Source of the DNA: an uncultured Oscillospiraceae bacterium
Lineage (GTDB): Bacteria > Bacillota > Clostridia > UMGS1883
Assembly (NCBI GenBank): GCA_964572985.1
Contig: CAZNIC010000005.1
Coordinates: 6,777-70,776, forward strand
Length of the DNA stretch: 64,000 nucleotides
Reading direction: 5' to 3'
This document shows, one piece after another, positions 1 to 8,901 of this stretch; position 1 is the first letter of the stretch, and every line of letters starts with the position of its first letter. The notes beneath the pieces were generated by a model that searched no databases, was not told where the DNA came from, and was given only the letters and a program-made list of their open reading frames with translations. The translations under genes and the position numbers were made by a program.

Positions 1-117
1 ATCCAGGCTTTGTTTCTCTCATCTCTCGTCGCTTCGTACATTCTGGCAGTAAAGCTTGAAAAAACAAAACTTTTCAAAGGTATGAGCGCGGGCGAAATCA
101 CAGATTACGCAGAATAA
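1..117 (+). CDS. 3' end of a window-truncated CDS, function unknown
   Basis: Frame 1 is open from base 1 to TAA at 115-117 (...LFLSSLVASYILAVKLEKTKLFKGMSAGEITDYAE*). Hairpins follow at 128-198. Too short to assign a function. Confidence 0.35.
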   Translation: MQALFLSSLVASYILAVKLEKTKLFKGMSAGEITDYAE

Positions 118-121
118 AAAA

Positions 122-149
122 AACAGCAGTTGGGTTCCCAACTCGAAGT
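122..149. repeat. Palindromic element, copy 1 (AACAGC-AGTTGGGTTCCCAACT-CGAAGT)
   Basis: The 16-bp core AGTTGGGTTCCCAACT (128-143) is identical to 1451-1466. Its flanks are reverse-complementary to the flanks of copy 2. Confidence 0.8.
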
Positions 150-155
150 GGTATA

Positions 156-198
156 AAGATGGTAGACGCTAAAAAAACAGTGTCTACCATCTTTTTGT
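156..198 (+). terminator. Rho-independent terminator of the upstream truncated gene
   Basis: 12-bp stem AAGATGGTAGAC (156-167) / GTCTACCATCTT (182-193), followed by TTTTT. Confidence 0.7.
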
Positions 199-256
199 AT
201 GCTATGCTTGTGCTACAATAGGGACAAAAAGAAAGCAGGGAACTAACCCTGCTTAT

Positions 257-493
257 TTATATATTTTCATCATCTATATATTGCATAATATCTTCGACAT
301 TGCATTTCAAAATTTTACAAAACATTTCTATTGTATGTGTGCTAACACTTTCATTTCGTTTTAATCGTGTGATTTGACCGGGACTAATATTGTATTTTTT
401 AATAAGGGTATACTGTGTAACACCTTTTTCTTTCATAGTTTGCCATAATTTATCATAGGAAATCATAAATTTTTCAATCCTCCCTATTGACAT
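257..493 (-). CDS. XRE/Cro-CI family helix-turn-helix transcriptional regulator
   Basis: 78 aa. The stretch GVTQYTLIKKYNISPGQITRLKRNESVSTHTIEMFCKILKC is typical of an HTH_XRE domain. The gene is divergent from a consensus promoter with operator-like repeats. Confidence 0.85.
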   Translation of the reverse strand: MSIGRIEKFMISYDKLWQTMKEKGVTQYTLIKKYNISPGQITRLKRNESVSTHTIEMFCKILKCNVEDIMQYIDDENI

Positions 494-539
494 ATTAACC
501 GATTGCGGTGTATAATCATATTAACCAATATCGGTCAAT
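487..539 (+). promoter_or_regulatory. Consensus sigma-A type promoter with three operator-like half-sites (cI/Cro-style switch region)
   Basis: TTGACA (487-492), 18-nt spacer, TATAAT (511-516). Half-sites are TTAACCGAT (495-503), TTAACCAAT (521-529) and the inverted ATCGGTCAA (530-538). There is also a direct repeat CATATTAACCGAT / CATATTAACCAAT. Confidence 0.6.
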
Positions 540-704
540 ATGAAACAGGGAGTGAATCCAAAGAAAAGGGGGGTTAATTTTATTGATAGTGACAAGGAAC
601 TTGTTGATAGGATTATAGAATATCAAAAAGCTCACGGATTATCATCATTTGTTGCGACAGTAAGAAAACTGTGCAAAGATGCATTGGAAATCGAAAAAAT
701 TTGA
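540..704 (+). CDS. Small ribbon-helix-helix (CopG/Arc-like) protein. It is 54 aa, below the ORF-track cutoff.
   Basis: My translation: MKQGVNPKKRGVNFIDSDKELVDRIIEYQKAHGLSSFVATVRKLCKDALEIEKI*. The pattern is a basic beta-strand followed by two helices. It sits downstream of the 487-516 promoter and upstream of the lipoprotein gene. I see no clear SD sequence, which lowers confidence. Confidence 0.5.
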   Translation: MKQGVNPKKRGVNFIDSDKELVDRIIEYQKAHGLSSFVATVRKLCKDALEIEKI

Positions 705-725
705 CATTAGAAGGAGTTTATAATT

Positions 726-1163
726 ATGAAAAAAATTATGACAATTAGCATTATGCTATGTTGTGTTTTGGTTTTCTTTTCTGGTTGTTTTGGAGGAGGA
801 AAAGTTAAAGCGACTGTTGTTACAAATAGTGGCGAAACCAAAGAAATGACGTTTGACGAAATTAAGAAAATTGAAGAATCTAACAGTGTTTTATTTGAGG
901 AAGAATATGTTGGTGCAGATATTTCTGTAACGTCAAAGATTGAAAAAATTGGTGGAGCATATATGTTGCGTTCTTGGTTTGAATGTGATGCTTATCTTGA
1001 ATTAGAATCGGGTAGCACAGGTTATTTTTTCAAACCTATTACTGAAGACGAAGCCAAAAACTATAATGTCGGCGATACAGTTACGGTCAGCGGAAAAATT
1101 GGAATGGCATCTGTCGCTGGGTCTGACATTTATATTATGGCAACTGAAATTTCTCCATATTAA
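726..1163 (+). CDS. Small secreted lipoprotein, function unknown
   Basis: Signal peptide MKKIMTISIMLCCVLVFFSGC with a lipobox Cys. RBS AAGGAG lies 8 nt upstream. Confidence 0.75.
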   Translation: MKKIMTISIMLCCVLVFFSGCFGGGKVKATVVTNSGETKEMTFDEIKKIEESNSVLFEEEYVGADISVTSKIEKIGGAYMLRSWFECDAYLELESGSTGYFFKPITEDEAKNYNVGDTVTVSGKIGMASVAGSDIYIMATEISPY

Positions 1164-1373
1164 AAATAAAGCGATTGTATTTTATAATTTAAGTAAAAAG
1201 TGTAACATCGGGCAATGTTGTATTACACTCCAACTAAAAAGTGTGTGTTTATACCTCTAAAACAACTCTAACTTATCCTTGAATATAATTTTTTGCTGTT
1301 TAATTTTTTAGATTGCTTGAAAATATCATATTCATATTACTTAAATTATGTCCGACCAATCCGAACAAAATGC

Positions 1374-1427
1374 AAAAGAAAACCGCCTGTTCAAGTCTGT
1401 ATTGAACAGGCGGTTTTCTTTTTTTGT
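1374..1427. terminator. Bidirectional rho-independent terminator (lipoprotein operon / recA)
   Basis: 17-bp stem GAAAACCGCCTGTTCAA (1378-1394) / TTGAACAGGCGGTTTTC (1402-1418). An A-tract lies upstream and T8 downstream. Confidence 0.8.
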
Positions 1428-1445
1428 GTCTACAAAGTATTGACT

Positions 1446-1472
1446 ACTTCAGTTGGGTTCCCAACTGCTGTT
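1446..1472. repeat. Palindromic element, copy 2 (ACTTC-AGTTGGGTTCCCAACT-GCTGTT)
   Basis: Same 16-bp core as 128-143. It lies between the recA stop (1482) and the 1374-1427 terminator. Confidence 0.8.
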
Positions 1473-1481
1473 CTTCTTTTA

Positions 1482-2501
1482 TTATTCCGTAACGTTTTCG
1501 TCTGTAGCTCTTTCCTTTTCGATGAGCTTCTGACGGATTTTTTCTTCGATTTCCTCTGCGATTTCGGGGTGTTCTAAAATAAACTGCTTTGCATTTTCTC
1601 TGCCCTGACCGATACGCATATCGCCATAAGCAAACCATGCACCGCTTTTTTGTACTATGCCGAGCATAACACCCATATCAACCAAACTGCCTTCCTTTGA
1701 AATGCCCTTGCCGTACATCATATCAAATTCGGCTTCCTTGAAGGGAGGCGCAACCTTATTTTTAACAACCTTTACTCTTGTGCGGTTACCGACAAATTCA
1801 CTGCCGTTTTTGAGTGTTTCAACCCTTCTTACATCCATACGCACAGACGCATAGAATTTAAGTGCTCTACCACCGGATGTTGTTTCGGGGTTACCGTACA
1901 TAACACCAACCTTTTCACGGAGCTGGTTTATGAAAATACATACTGTGTTTGTCTTTGCAAGCACGCCTGCAAGCTTACGCATTGCCTGACTCATAAGTCT
2001 TGCCTGCAAGCCTACGTGACTGTCGCCCATTTCACCGTCAATTTCAGCCTTGGGTACAAGAGCCGCTACAGAGTCAACTACGATTACGTCAAGTGCACCG
2101 CTTCGTACCAAAGCTTCGGCAATTTCCAACGCCTGTTCACCTGTGTCGGGCTGTGCAACTATTAAAGAGTCAACATCTACACCAATATTTTTTGCATATG
2201 TAGGGTCTAAGGCGTGTTCAGCGTCGATAAACGCAGCTTCGCCGCCTTTTTTCTGTGCTTCGGCAATAATATGGAGCGCAATTGTTGTTTTACCACTGGA
2301 TTCAGGACCGTAGATTTCTACAATTCTGCCCTTAGGCACACCGCCGATACCGAGCGCTACGTCAAGCGCGAGAGAGCCTGTAGGAATAGCATCCACATTT
2401 AAATGTGCGTTGCTGCCCAGTTTCATGACACTGCCTTTACCGAACTGCTTTTCTATCTGACTCATTGCTATCGCAAGAGCTTCTTTTTTTTCAATTGACA
2501 T
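1482..2501 (-). CDS. recA: Recombinase RecA
   Basis: 339 aa. N-terminus [22 protein letters not shown], Walker [10 protein letters not shown], and full-length RecA-like sequence. Confidence 0.98.
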   Translation of the reverse strand: MSIEKKEALAIAMSQIEKQFGKGSVMKLGSNAHLNVDAIPTGSLALDVALGIGGVPKGRIVEIYGPESSGKTTIALHIIAEAQKKGGEAAFIDAEHALDPTYAKNIGVDVDSLIVAQPDTGEQALEIAEALVRSGALDVIVVDSVAALVPKAEIDGEMGDSHVGLQARLMSQAMRKLAGVLAKTNTVCIFINQLREKVGVMYGNPETTSGGRALKFYASVRMDVRRVETLKNGSEFVGNRTRVKVVKNKVAPPFKEAEFDMMYGKGISKEGSLVDMGVMLGIVQKSGAWFAYGDMRIGQGRENAKQFILEHPEIAEEIEEKIRQKLIEKERATDENVTE

Positions 2502-2534
2502 TTTAATTCCCTCTTTCTTAGAGAAATATTTGTA

Positions 2535-2578
2535 CGAACATCTGTTCTCATTATACAGTATGTTTTTTTGTTTGTCAA
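2535..2578 (-). promoter_or_regulatory. recA promoter with LexA (Cheo/SOS) box
   Basis: On the minus strand: TTGACA (2578-2573), 17-nt spacer, TATAAT (2555-2550). This is followed by CGAACATCTGTTC (2535-2547), which matches the Gram-positive SOS box CGAAC-N4-GTTC. Confidence 0.8.
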
Positions 2579-2582
2579 TAGG

Positions 2583-4442
2583 TTATTTTAATTTGTACAC
2601 GTTAAAGGAAATCGGAGGCACGGTAAGATTTACTTCCTTGCTTCCGCCTACGGGACGTGTGAGAGATTTGGGTGCAACACGGTTTTTGTCCTGCATTGTG
2701 TTTACGTCAGAGAGATTTTCGCTTGTAAGACTGATTTCCTCTATTGCTTCAACGCCTTCGGGGAGATTTAAAACAACATCCTTTTTACCCGCGCGGTTTG
2801 CTACTTTTAATATATATCCGTCTTTTTCGCTGTAACCTGCACTGATATATACATCGCTGTCGTCCTCGCGTTCAAAAAGAAGTGTATAGTCGGGCAGATT
2901 ATTGCCATACATAGACTGCACATGATATGAGGGAGTAAGCATCACTTCGTGATTGTTAACAAAAATCATATCGGGACGCCACTGGGTATAGTTTTCTCTT
3001 GCAAAAAGCGGAGCATAGCTTGCCAATACAACAACATCGGCGTTTCTTTCAAAGCCTGTCATCATTGCAGCCTCGGCGATTGCTGCCTCTAAATTGTTGG
3101 GCTTTGGCTGTTCGTCGCCAATATGACAAGCGTATTCGCCTGCAAAAACCTTAACCCCGTCACGTGAGTAGTTGTCATAACGGTCAGCGTTGTCAAACAT
3201 CCACTCGCTCTTTACATAGTAGTGCTCGTCAACGGCATATGCAAAGTCCTGCTTTTTACCGTCAAGCCACTTGTAAGCCGCATCAAACTCTTTGCCCTGT
3301 GCAAAGGGACCTGATGATGTGATGAGCTTTATATTGGGATAAAGAGGTGCAATCACCTTTTGGAAAGCTTCGTAGCGTTCAAAGTAGTTTTCTTCCCACT
3401 GCTCGTTGCCGATGCCTAAATACACAAGGTTAAAGGGTTCGGGATGTCCCATGGAGGCACGCATTGCAGCCCACTTGTTTTCCTCGGGGTCACCGTTTGC
3501 AAATTCGATAAGGTCTATCGCATCCTGAATATATTCGTCAAGTTCCTCCAAGGGAGCACATTCGCCTGTTTTGTACTGACAAGCCATGCCGCAGTTGAGT
3601 ACGGGAAGAGGCTGAGCACCTATATCCTCACAAAGGAGGAAATACTCGTAAAAACCTAAGCCGTAGCTTTGGAAATAGTCGCGGGCAGTTACGCCCACGT
3701 TACCATCCTGCCAGCGGTTCCAGTTAATTTTTCTTTCTTCAACAGGACCTATTGTTTCCTTCCATCTGTAGCGGTTTTCAAGGACGGTTCCCTCCACTAT
3801 ACATCCGCCGGGGAAACGGACAAATCCGGGTTTTATATCCTTTAATGCCTGCGCCATATCAGCACGGAGACCGTTTTTTCTGCCCATAAATGTATCACGG
3901 GGGAAAAGAGATACCATGTCTACATCGCACTCGCCCGCCTCTTCAAATGTAAGGTAAAACTTTGCATCATAAACAGTATCAGAGGATTCCATCTCAAAGG
4001 AGTATTTTGTCCAGTCGCCTGCAGTTTTAAAAGTAACCTCTGCACAGCTCACACTATCCGTCTTGATTTCTGCCTTAAGCTTTGCTTCACCTTTTACAAA
4101 AACAGAAAAATCATACTTTTTTCCTTTTTCGCAGAAAATGCCTTCATATGCACGGTTTACTATACCTTCGCCCGCGTTGCCCTTTATGTGAGCATACTGA
4201 GGGTTGATATTATTCATAGGGCTTTCTGTTTCGCTTGTGAATTCAGCCTCGCCAACCGTGTTCCATGCTGTCAGAGGCGAAATATCATCAAACTCCATTG
4301 TGGGGAAAAAGTCAAATGAACGGTTTTCGAGCAGCTCTGCATATAAACCGCCATCTGCACCATAGTTGATGTCTTCAAAGAAAAGACCTATCATATCGGG
4401 ATTAACGTCAACGCCTTTTTTGTTAGTAATTGTTATTTTCAT
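2583..4442 (-). CDS. Alpha-L-arabinofuranosidase-like glycoside hydrolase (GH51-like)
   Basis: 619 aa. N-terminus IGLFFEDINYGADGGLYAELLENRSF, and FPGGCIVEG and GNE motifs that I recognise from GH51 enzymes. Confidence 0.8.
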   Translation of the reverse strand: MKITITNKKGVDVNPDMIGLFFEDINYGADGGLYAELLENRSFDFFPTMEFDDISPLTAWNTVGEAEFTSETESPMNNINPQYAHIKGNAGEGIVNRAYEGIFCEKGKKYDFSVFVKGEAKLKAEIKTDSVSCAEVTFKTAGDWTKYSFEMESSDTVYDAKFYLTFEEAGECDVDMVSLFPRDTFMGRKNGLRADMAQALKDIKPGFVRFPGGCIVEGTVLENRYRWKETIGPVEERKINWNRWQDGNVGVTARDYFQSYGLGFYEYFLLCEDIGAQPLPVLNCGMACQYKTGECAPLEELDEYIQDAIDLIEFANGDPEENKWAAMRASMGHPEPFNLVYLGIGNEQWEENYFERYEAFQKVIAPLYPNIKLITSSGPFAQGKEFDAAYKWLDGKKQDFAYAVDEHYYVKSEWMFDNADRYDNYSRDGVKVFAGEYACHIGDEQPKPNNLEAAIAEAAMMTGFERNADVVVLASYAPLFARENYTQWRPDMIFVNNHEVMLTPSYHVQSMYGNNLPDYTLLFEREDDSDVYISAGYSEKDGYILKVANRAGKKDVVLNLPEGVEAIEEISLTSENLSDVNTMQDKNRVAPKSLTRPVGGSKEVNLTVPPISFNVYKLK

Positions 4443-5329
4443 AATTTCCTCCTTGTTGGTATTTGTGCTAAAATTATTGCCGTAAACATAATCACACAGC
4501 CTGTTATCTGTCTTGAATTCATGCTTTGATTAAGTATGAGCCAGCCCGCAATTACGCTGACACACGCCTCAAGGCTCATAATAAGTGATGCTACAGTAGG
4601 ATTCAAATCCTTTTGTGCAACAATCTGCAGGGTATATGCAACACCGCTGGACAAAACGCCCGCATAAAGAATCGCCACCCATGCGTTAAACGCAAGTGAG
4701 CACCGTATATCGTTTGCCGCAAACCCACACGCAAGACTTATTATGCCTGTGGTTGCAAATTCGATACACGCAAGCTTTACGCCGTCAACCATGGGAGAGT
4801 ACTTGTCTACCAAAAGTATCTGCACAGTAAAAACAAGTGCACATATAAACACCAATACATCGGCACCCTCAACACGGAACCCAACGCCTGCGGGTATGCA
4901 AAGTATATATAATCCCACAGTCGCAAGTCCGGCAGCTATCCATGCAAGCGGCGAGCATTTTCTTTTAACAAATATGCCTGCAATAGGCACAAGCACTATG
5001 TAAAACGCTGTTATAAAACCCGCCTTACCCGCATCAACACCTGCCGCAATACCAAACTGTTGAAAGTTGGTTGCGACACACAACGCAATACCGCAGAGTA
5101 TGCCTCCCACAAGCAAATTTTTGTTGCTCCATTTACACGCCGACTGCCCCTTCTGCCTGTCGCGAATAAATATGAACGGCAAAAGCACCACCGCACCGAT
5201 AATACTGCGTATTCCGTTAAAAGCAAAAGGGCTCCAGTAGTCCATTCCCACATCCTGGGCAACAAAGGCAACGCCCCATATAATCGCTGTAACCAAAAGC
5301 AGAAAAGAGCTTCTTATTTGTTTGTTCAT
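4439..5329 (-). CDS. EamA/DMT-family transporter
   Basis: About 10 TM helices with a duplicated EamA-like organisation. Start moved to MNKQ (5329), which has an AAAGAGG RBS. Confidence 0.8.
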   Translation of the reverse strand: MNKQIRSSFLLLVTAIIWGVAFVAQDVGMDYWSPFAFNGIRSIIGAVVLLPFIFIRDRQKGQSACKWSNKNLLVGGILCGIALCVATNFQQFGIAAGVDAGKAGFITAFYIVLVPIAGIFVKRKCSPLAWIAAGLATVGLYILCIPAGVGFRVEGADVLVFICALVFTVQILLVDKYSPMVDGVKLACIEFATTGIISLACGFAANDIRCSLAFNAWVAILYAGVLSSGVAYTLQIVAQKDLNPTVASLIMSLEACVSVIAGWLILNQSMNSRQITGCVIMFTAIILAQIPTRRKL

Positions 5330-5342
5330 GATTAAACCTCTT

Positions 5343-5375
5343 TCCAAAACAAACAGGCGACCTCAGGTCGCCCCT
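5343..5375 (-). terminator. Terminator downstream of rfbF
   Basis: Hairpin GGCGACC-tca-GGTCGCC (5356-5372), followed on the minus strand by TGTTTGTTTT. Confidence 0.55.
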
Positions 5376-5381
5376 ACTTTT

Positions 5382-6161
5382 TTATTTTTCCCATACGTTC
5401 CACGGAGCCTTGCCGCTATTCCACATAGCCTCCAATGCTTCGTGTTCCTTCTTGGAATCCATCGGTTTCCAGAAACCGTTATGAACATATGCCTTAAGCT
5501 GACCCTCTTCGGAAAGTTTTGTAAGTGTTTTTTCCTCCAAAACAGTTTCGTCCCCATCAATGTAGTCAAAAACCTCGGGGTTAAACACCATATATCCGCC
5601 GTTAATGCGCGCCGCATCATATGCCGCTTTTTCACGGAAAGAATAAATAGAGCTTTCGTTATCAATGCCTAAGATTCCAAACCTTTGCTCCATTGTAACA
5701 GCACTAATTGTAGCAATCTTGCCATGACTTTCGTGGAAAGCTTTCAGTTTGTTTATGTCGATATCGCACAGTCCGTCGCCATAGGTGAGCATAAAGGGCT
5801 CATCGCCAACGTATTTTTGAATTCTCTTCACTCTGCCACCTGTCATGGTATTGTAGCCTGTATCAATAACAGTTACCTTCCACGGCTCAGCGGTCTGATT
5901 ATGCACAACCACCTTATTGCCCCGGGTAAAATCAAAGGTTACATCGCTTGTGTGCAAAAAATAATCCGCAAACCACTCTTTTATCACATGCTGTTTGTAG
6001 CCTGCACAGATAATAAAATCATTGAACCCGTAATGGGAATATGTTTTCATAATATGCCAAAGTATGGGCATTCCGCCGATTTCCACCATAGGCTTGGGAC
6101 GGAAAATACTTTCTTCGCTTATACGTGTGCCGAAGCCCCCTGCAAGTATTACAACTTTCAT
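5382..6161 (-). CDS. rfbF: Glucose-1-phosphate cytidylyltransferase
   Basis: 259 aa. MKVVILAGGFGTRISEES...PKPMVEIGGMPILWHIM is a typical RfbF/DdhA N-terminus. Confidence 0.9.
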   Translation of the reverse strand: MKVVILAGGFGTRISEESIFRPKPMVEIGGMPILWHIMKTYSHYGFNDFIICAGYKQHVIKEWFADYFLHTSDVTFDFTRGNKVVVHNQTAEPWKVTVIDTGYNTMTGGRVKRIQKYVGDEPFMLTYGDGLCDIDINKLKAFHESHGKIATISAVTMEQRFGILGIDNESSIYSFREKAAYDAARINGGYMVFNPEVFDYIDGDETVLEEKTLTKLSEEGQLKAYVHNGFWKPMDSKKEHEALEAMWNSGKAPWNVWEK

Positions 6162-6276
6162 TGCTTTACTCCTTTTTTTGCTATAAATATCTACATTAAA
6201 TTATAGCATCTGTGATATATATTGTCAAACAAAAAAGGTTAATCCCAAAAGGGTCGACATTGTCAACTGTACAAAC

Positions 6277-6308
6277 AAAAAAGCACTCTCTTCCGAGAGT
6301 GCTTTTTT
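6277..6308. terminator. Bidirectional terminator downstream of tRNA-Arg
   Basis: AAAAAAGCACTCTC-ttcc-GAGAGTGCTTTTTT. Confidence 0.75.
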
Positions 6309-6311
6309 GTT

Positions 6312-6388
6312 TGGCGTGCTTGGAGGGATTCGAACCCCCGACCCTTTGGTTCGTAGCCAAATACTCTATCCAACTGAGCTACAAGCAC
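6312..6388 (-). tRNA. tRNA-Arg (anticodon ACG)
   Basis: Reverse complement: GTGCTTGTAGCTCAGTTGGATAGAGTATTTGGCTACGAACCAAAGGGTCGGGGGTTCGAATCCCTCCAAGCACGCCA. It has a cloverleaf, anticodon loop CT-ACG-AA, a GTTCGAATC T-loop and an encoded CCA. Confidence 0.93.
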
Positions 6389-6519
6389 AAAATATTTGTT
6401 TTTCAAACGCAAGGGTTATATTAACATACTTTTTTTGAAAATGCAACTACTTTTTTAAAAAATTTTTAAATTTTTTATATTTATATAGTTTTATGCCGTC
6501 TTCTCCACTAATTAAAACC

Positions 6520-6548
6520 TTTACAGAAATTTTTTTATGTGATACAAT
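6520..6548 (+). promoter_or_regulatory. Promoter of the dnaD-like/dnaI-like operon
   Basis: TTTACA, 17-nt spacer, then an extended -10 TGtgaTACAAT. Confidence 0.6.
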
Positions 6549-6588
6549 TATGCTATATAATTGTCACTTTTTTCAGGAGGCGCTAATT

Positions 6589-7587
6589 ATGGCTAAAATC
6601 GAAATCTCCAACCCGATAGTTCCTATCGAGCTTAATTTTATCAATAAATATCTTCCCCAGGCTAATCCAACCCATGTTATGGTATATATTTATGCTTTGG
6701 GACTTTGTTATTCAAACAAACCTTCCGACAACGCATCTATTGCCGAAGCATTGGACATATTAGAGTCCGATGTTATCAAGGCGTGGAAATACTGGGTAAA
6801 AACAGGGCTTATTGCACTGGGTGAAGACGGCACGGTTACTTTCCTGTCAACTCATTGTGAACCGGCAGGTGAAAAGGATACTCCCAAGCCTCAGACGAAA
6901 GAGCCTGCAAAGGCTGAACAGCCCACTACAACCCGCCGTGATATATCCATGCGTGAAATCACTGCAAAAATGGAAATAGACAAGTCACTGTCAGACACTC
7001 TCAAAATGGCACAGCTTATTTGGGGCAAGCCGCTTACACAAAGCGAAATCAAAGCTCTTTATTCGTTTCTTGAGTGGCATTCGTTCTCTTACGAGGTGCT
7101 CTTGATGCTTATTGAATACTGCGCCGCAGAGGAAAAAACAAAGAATATTAAGTATATGGAAGCAGTTGCCGATGCTTGGGCAAACGACGGCATTACAACC
7201 GTAACCATGGCAGAAAAGGTTATAAAGCGCAAGGAAAAGGAAAGAAGTATGCTCAAAAAATGCTCGCAGATTTTCGGGCTCGGCAGGGCTTTTTCCGAGC
7301 GCGAGGTTGAATATATTTCTGACTGGACAAATAACCTTGGCATGAGCGAAGCCATGATAAAAGAAGCTTACGCGAGGACAACCCTTAACACAGGCAAGTT
7401 AAGCTTTCAGTATATGAACAAAATTCTTATTTCGTGGGCAAAGGACGGCATCAAGACTGTTGCCGCTTTGAAGGAAGCAGACAGCGCACACAAGGGCGCA
7501 AAGCCCTCTGCTACTCAGCAAGACCCGCATTATGACTTTGACGATATTGAACGTCTTGCTCTTGAACGCCGCATGAAGAAAAACTGA
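6589..7587 (+). CDS. DnaD/DnaB_2-domain replication initiation (primosome) protein
   Basis: Start moved to MAKIEISNP (GGAGG RBS at 6577-6581). It carries duplicated DnaD-like C-terminal repeats (LTQSEIKALYSFLEWH..., SEREVEYISDWTNNLGMS...) and precedes a DnaI-like loader. Confidence 0.8.
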   Translation: MAKIEISNPIVPIELNFINKYLPQANPTHVMVYIYALGLCYSNKPSDNASIAEALDILESDVIKAWKYWVKTGLIALGEDGTVTFLSTHCEPAGEKDTPKPQTKEPAKAEQPTTTRRDISMREITAKMEIDKSLSDTLKMAQLIWGKPLTQSEIKALYSFLEWHSFSYEVLLMLIEYCAAEEKTKNIKYMEAVADAWANDGITTVTMAEKVIKRKEKERSMLKKCSQIFGLGRAFSEREVEYISDWTNNLGMSEAMIKEAYARTTLNTGKLSFQYMNKILISWAKDGIKTVAALKEADSAHKGAKPSATQQDPHYDFDDIERLALERRMKKN

Positions 7588-7604
7588 TTAAAGGGAGAAA
7601 AAAC

Positions 7605-8579
7605 ATGTTTTATCAAAACGCTGTTGATGTGATAGACAAGCGTCGCGAAGACCGCGTCGCACTTATAAATCAGAGAAAGAATGAAGTATATACCCGTATT
7701 CCCCGCATAGCAGAGCTTGAAAAAAGGCTGTCCGCTACAGGCATGATGCTTCTTACCCGTGTAGCGGAGGAATCCGCTTCTCCCGAGGAGGCAGTGAGCC
7801 GTATAATGGCCGAAAACCGCGAATATACGGAAGAAATTGAAAAACTTCTTGCAGAAAACGGCTACAGTACGGATTATCTTAACCCTCCTTATATTTGCTC
7901 AGTTTGCCATGACACGGGCTATGTAGATTCCAAACTTTGCAATTGTCTCAAATCCGAAATCACGAACAAAGCTCTCAAAGATGCTAACCTGACCCGCCAT
8001 ATGGCAGGTCAGACATTTGATAAGTTTAATCTTTCGTATTATGATAACTCAATCAAAAACAGCCAGGGTATAGGCGCAAGGGAGAATGCCGCAGTTATAC
8101 TTCGTACTGCAAAGAATTTTGTCGAAAGCTTTGATTCGTCCGATTCAAATCTTCTTTTTTACGGTGCAAGCGGTCTTGGCAAAACGTTTTTATCCTCTGC
8201 CATTGCAACAGAACTCATCTCCCGCGGAAAAGATGTTTTATACATAAGCGCAAATTCACTTTTCCCGATGCTTGAAAATCTTCATTTTGGCAGAGGCGAC
8301 GAGAAGAGTATCTACATTGCCCAAAAGGCACTTGATTCAGACCTTCTTATCTTAGATGACCTCGGTGCAGAATTTATGACCCAGTTTACCGTGTCCGAGC
8401 TTTTCAGGATTATGAACCAGAGGCTTTTAACAGGTAAAAAAATGGTATTCTCCACCAACCTCAATCTCTCCGAGATTAAATCAAGCTATTCAGAGAGGAT
8501 TGTATCTCGTCTTATCGGAAACTTTGATCCTATTCTCTTTTTCGGAGAGGATATCCGCAAGCAAAAAACATTTGAATGA
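7605..8579 (+). CDS. DnaI/DnaC-type AAA+ helicase loader
   Basis: 324 aa. It has an N-terminal Cys cluster CSVCHDTGYVDSKLCNC, Walker A GASGLGKTF and Walker B LLILDDLG. Confidence 0.85.
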   Translation: MFYQNAVDVIDKRREDRVALINQRKNEVYTRIPRIAELEKRLSATGMMLLTRVAEESASPEEAVSRIMAENREYTEEIEKLLAENGYSTDYLNPPYICSVCHDTGYVDSKLCNCLKSEITNKALKDANLTRHMAGQTFDKFNLSYYDNSIKNSQGIGARENAAVILRTAKNFVESFDSSDSNLLFYGASGLGKTFLSSAIATELISRGKDVLYISANSLFPMLENLHFGRGDEKSIYIAQKALDSDLLILDDLGAEFMTQFTVSELFRIMNQRLLTGKKMVFSTNLNLSEIKSSYSERIVSRLIGNFDPILFFGEDIRKQKTFE

Positions 8580-8587
8580 GGTGCGTT

Positions 8588-8890
8588 ATGACTTACAAAA
8601 ATCTTATTGAAAAACATATTGACGAGCTTGGCAAAATACTGATCGCCTTTGAGATGAAATCTCCCGCCGCAATCAGAATGCTCGTAGACGAAAAAAAGGC
8701 GCTTACTTTAAAGTACGACATTGATGACCCTGTTGGGTATGATCTGTATGTTCCCGCTTGCTACAATGCTCTTGCGGTTATCCGCTCGGCTATCGAGCAG
8801 GACAAGCCCAACAGTCAGCTTATAAGCTACATAAAAGACGCAAAGGATGAGCTTACGGCAATATATGAGTATATGTGCGAAGAAGCATAA
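8588..8890 (+). CDS. Hypothetical protein
   Basis: The ORF is translationally coupled to the loader gene (GAGGTG RBS). I recognise no domain. Confidence 0.5.
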   Translation: MTYKNLIEKHIDELGKILIAFEMKSPAAIRMLVDEKKALTLKYDIDDPVGYDLYVPACYNALAVIRSAIEQDKPNSQLISYIKDAKDELTAIYEYMCEEA

Positions 8891-8901
8891 GGAGGCTTTT
8901 T

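Noticed and set aside
5356-5372. GGCGACC-nnn-GGTCGCC hairpins at 5356-5372 and 27305-27323, considered as a repeat family
   Set aside because: The similarity covers only about 8 bp of GC-rich stem. Both sit exactly where gene terminators are expected (after rfbF and after the parC-like gene), so they are probably independent terminators.
6493-6588. The N-terminal extension of the DnaD-like ORF (MPSSPLIKTFTEIFLCDTIMLYNCHFFQEALI)
   Set aside because: It overlaps the predicted promoter (6520-6548) and lacks an RBS. The ATG at 6589 follows a GGAGG.
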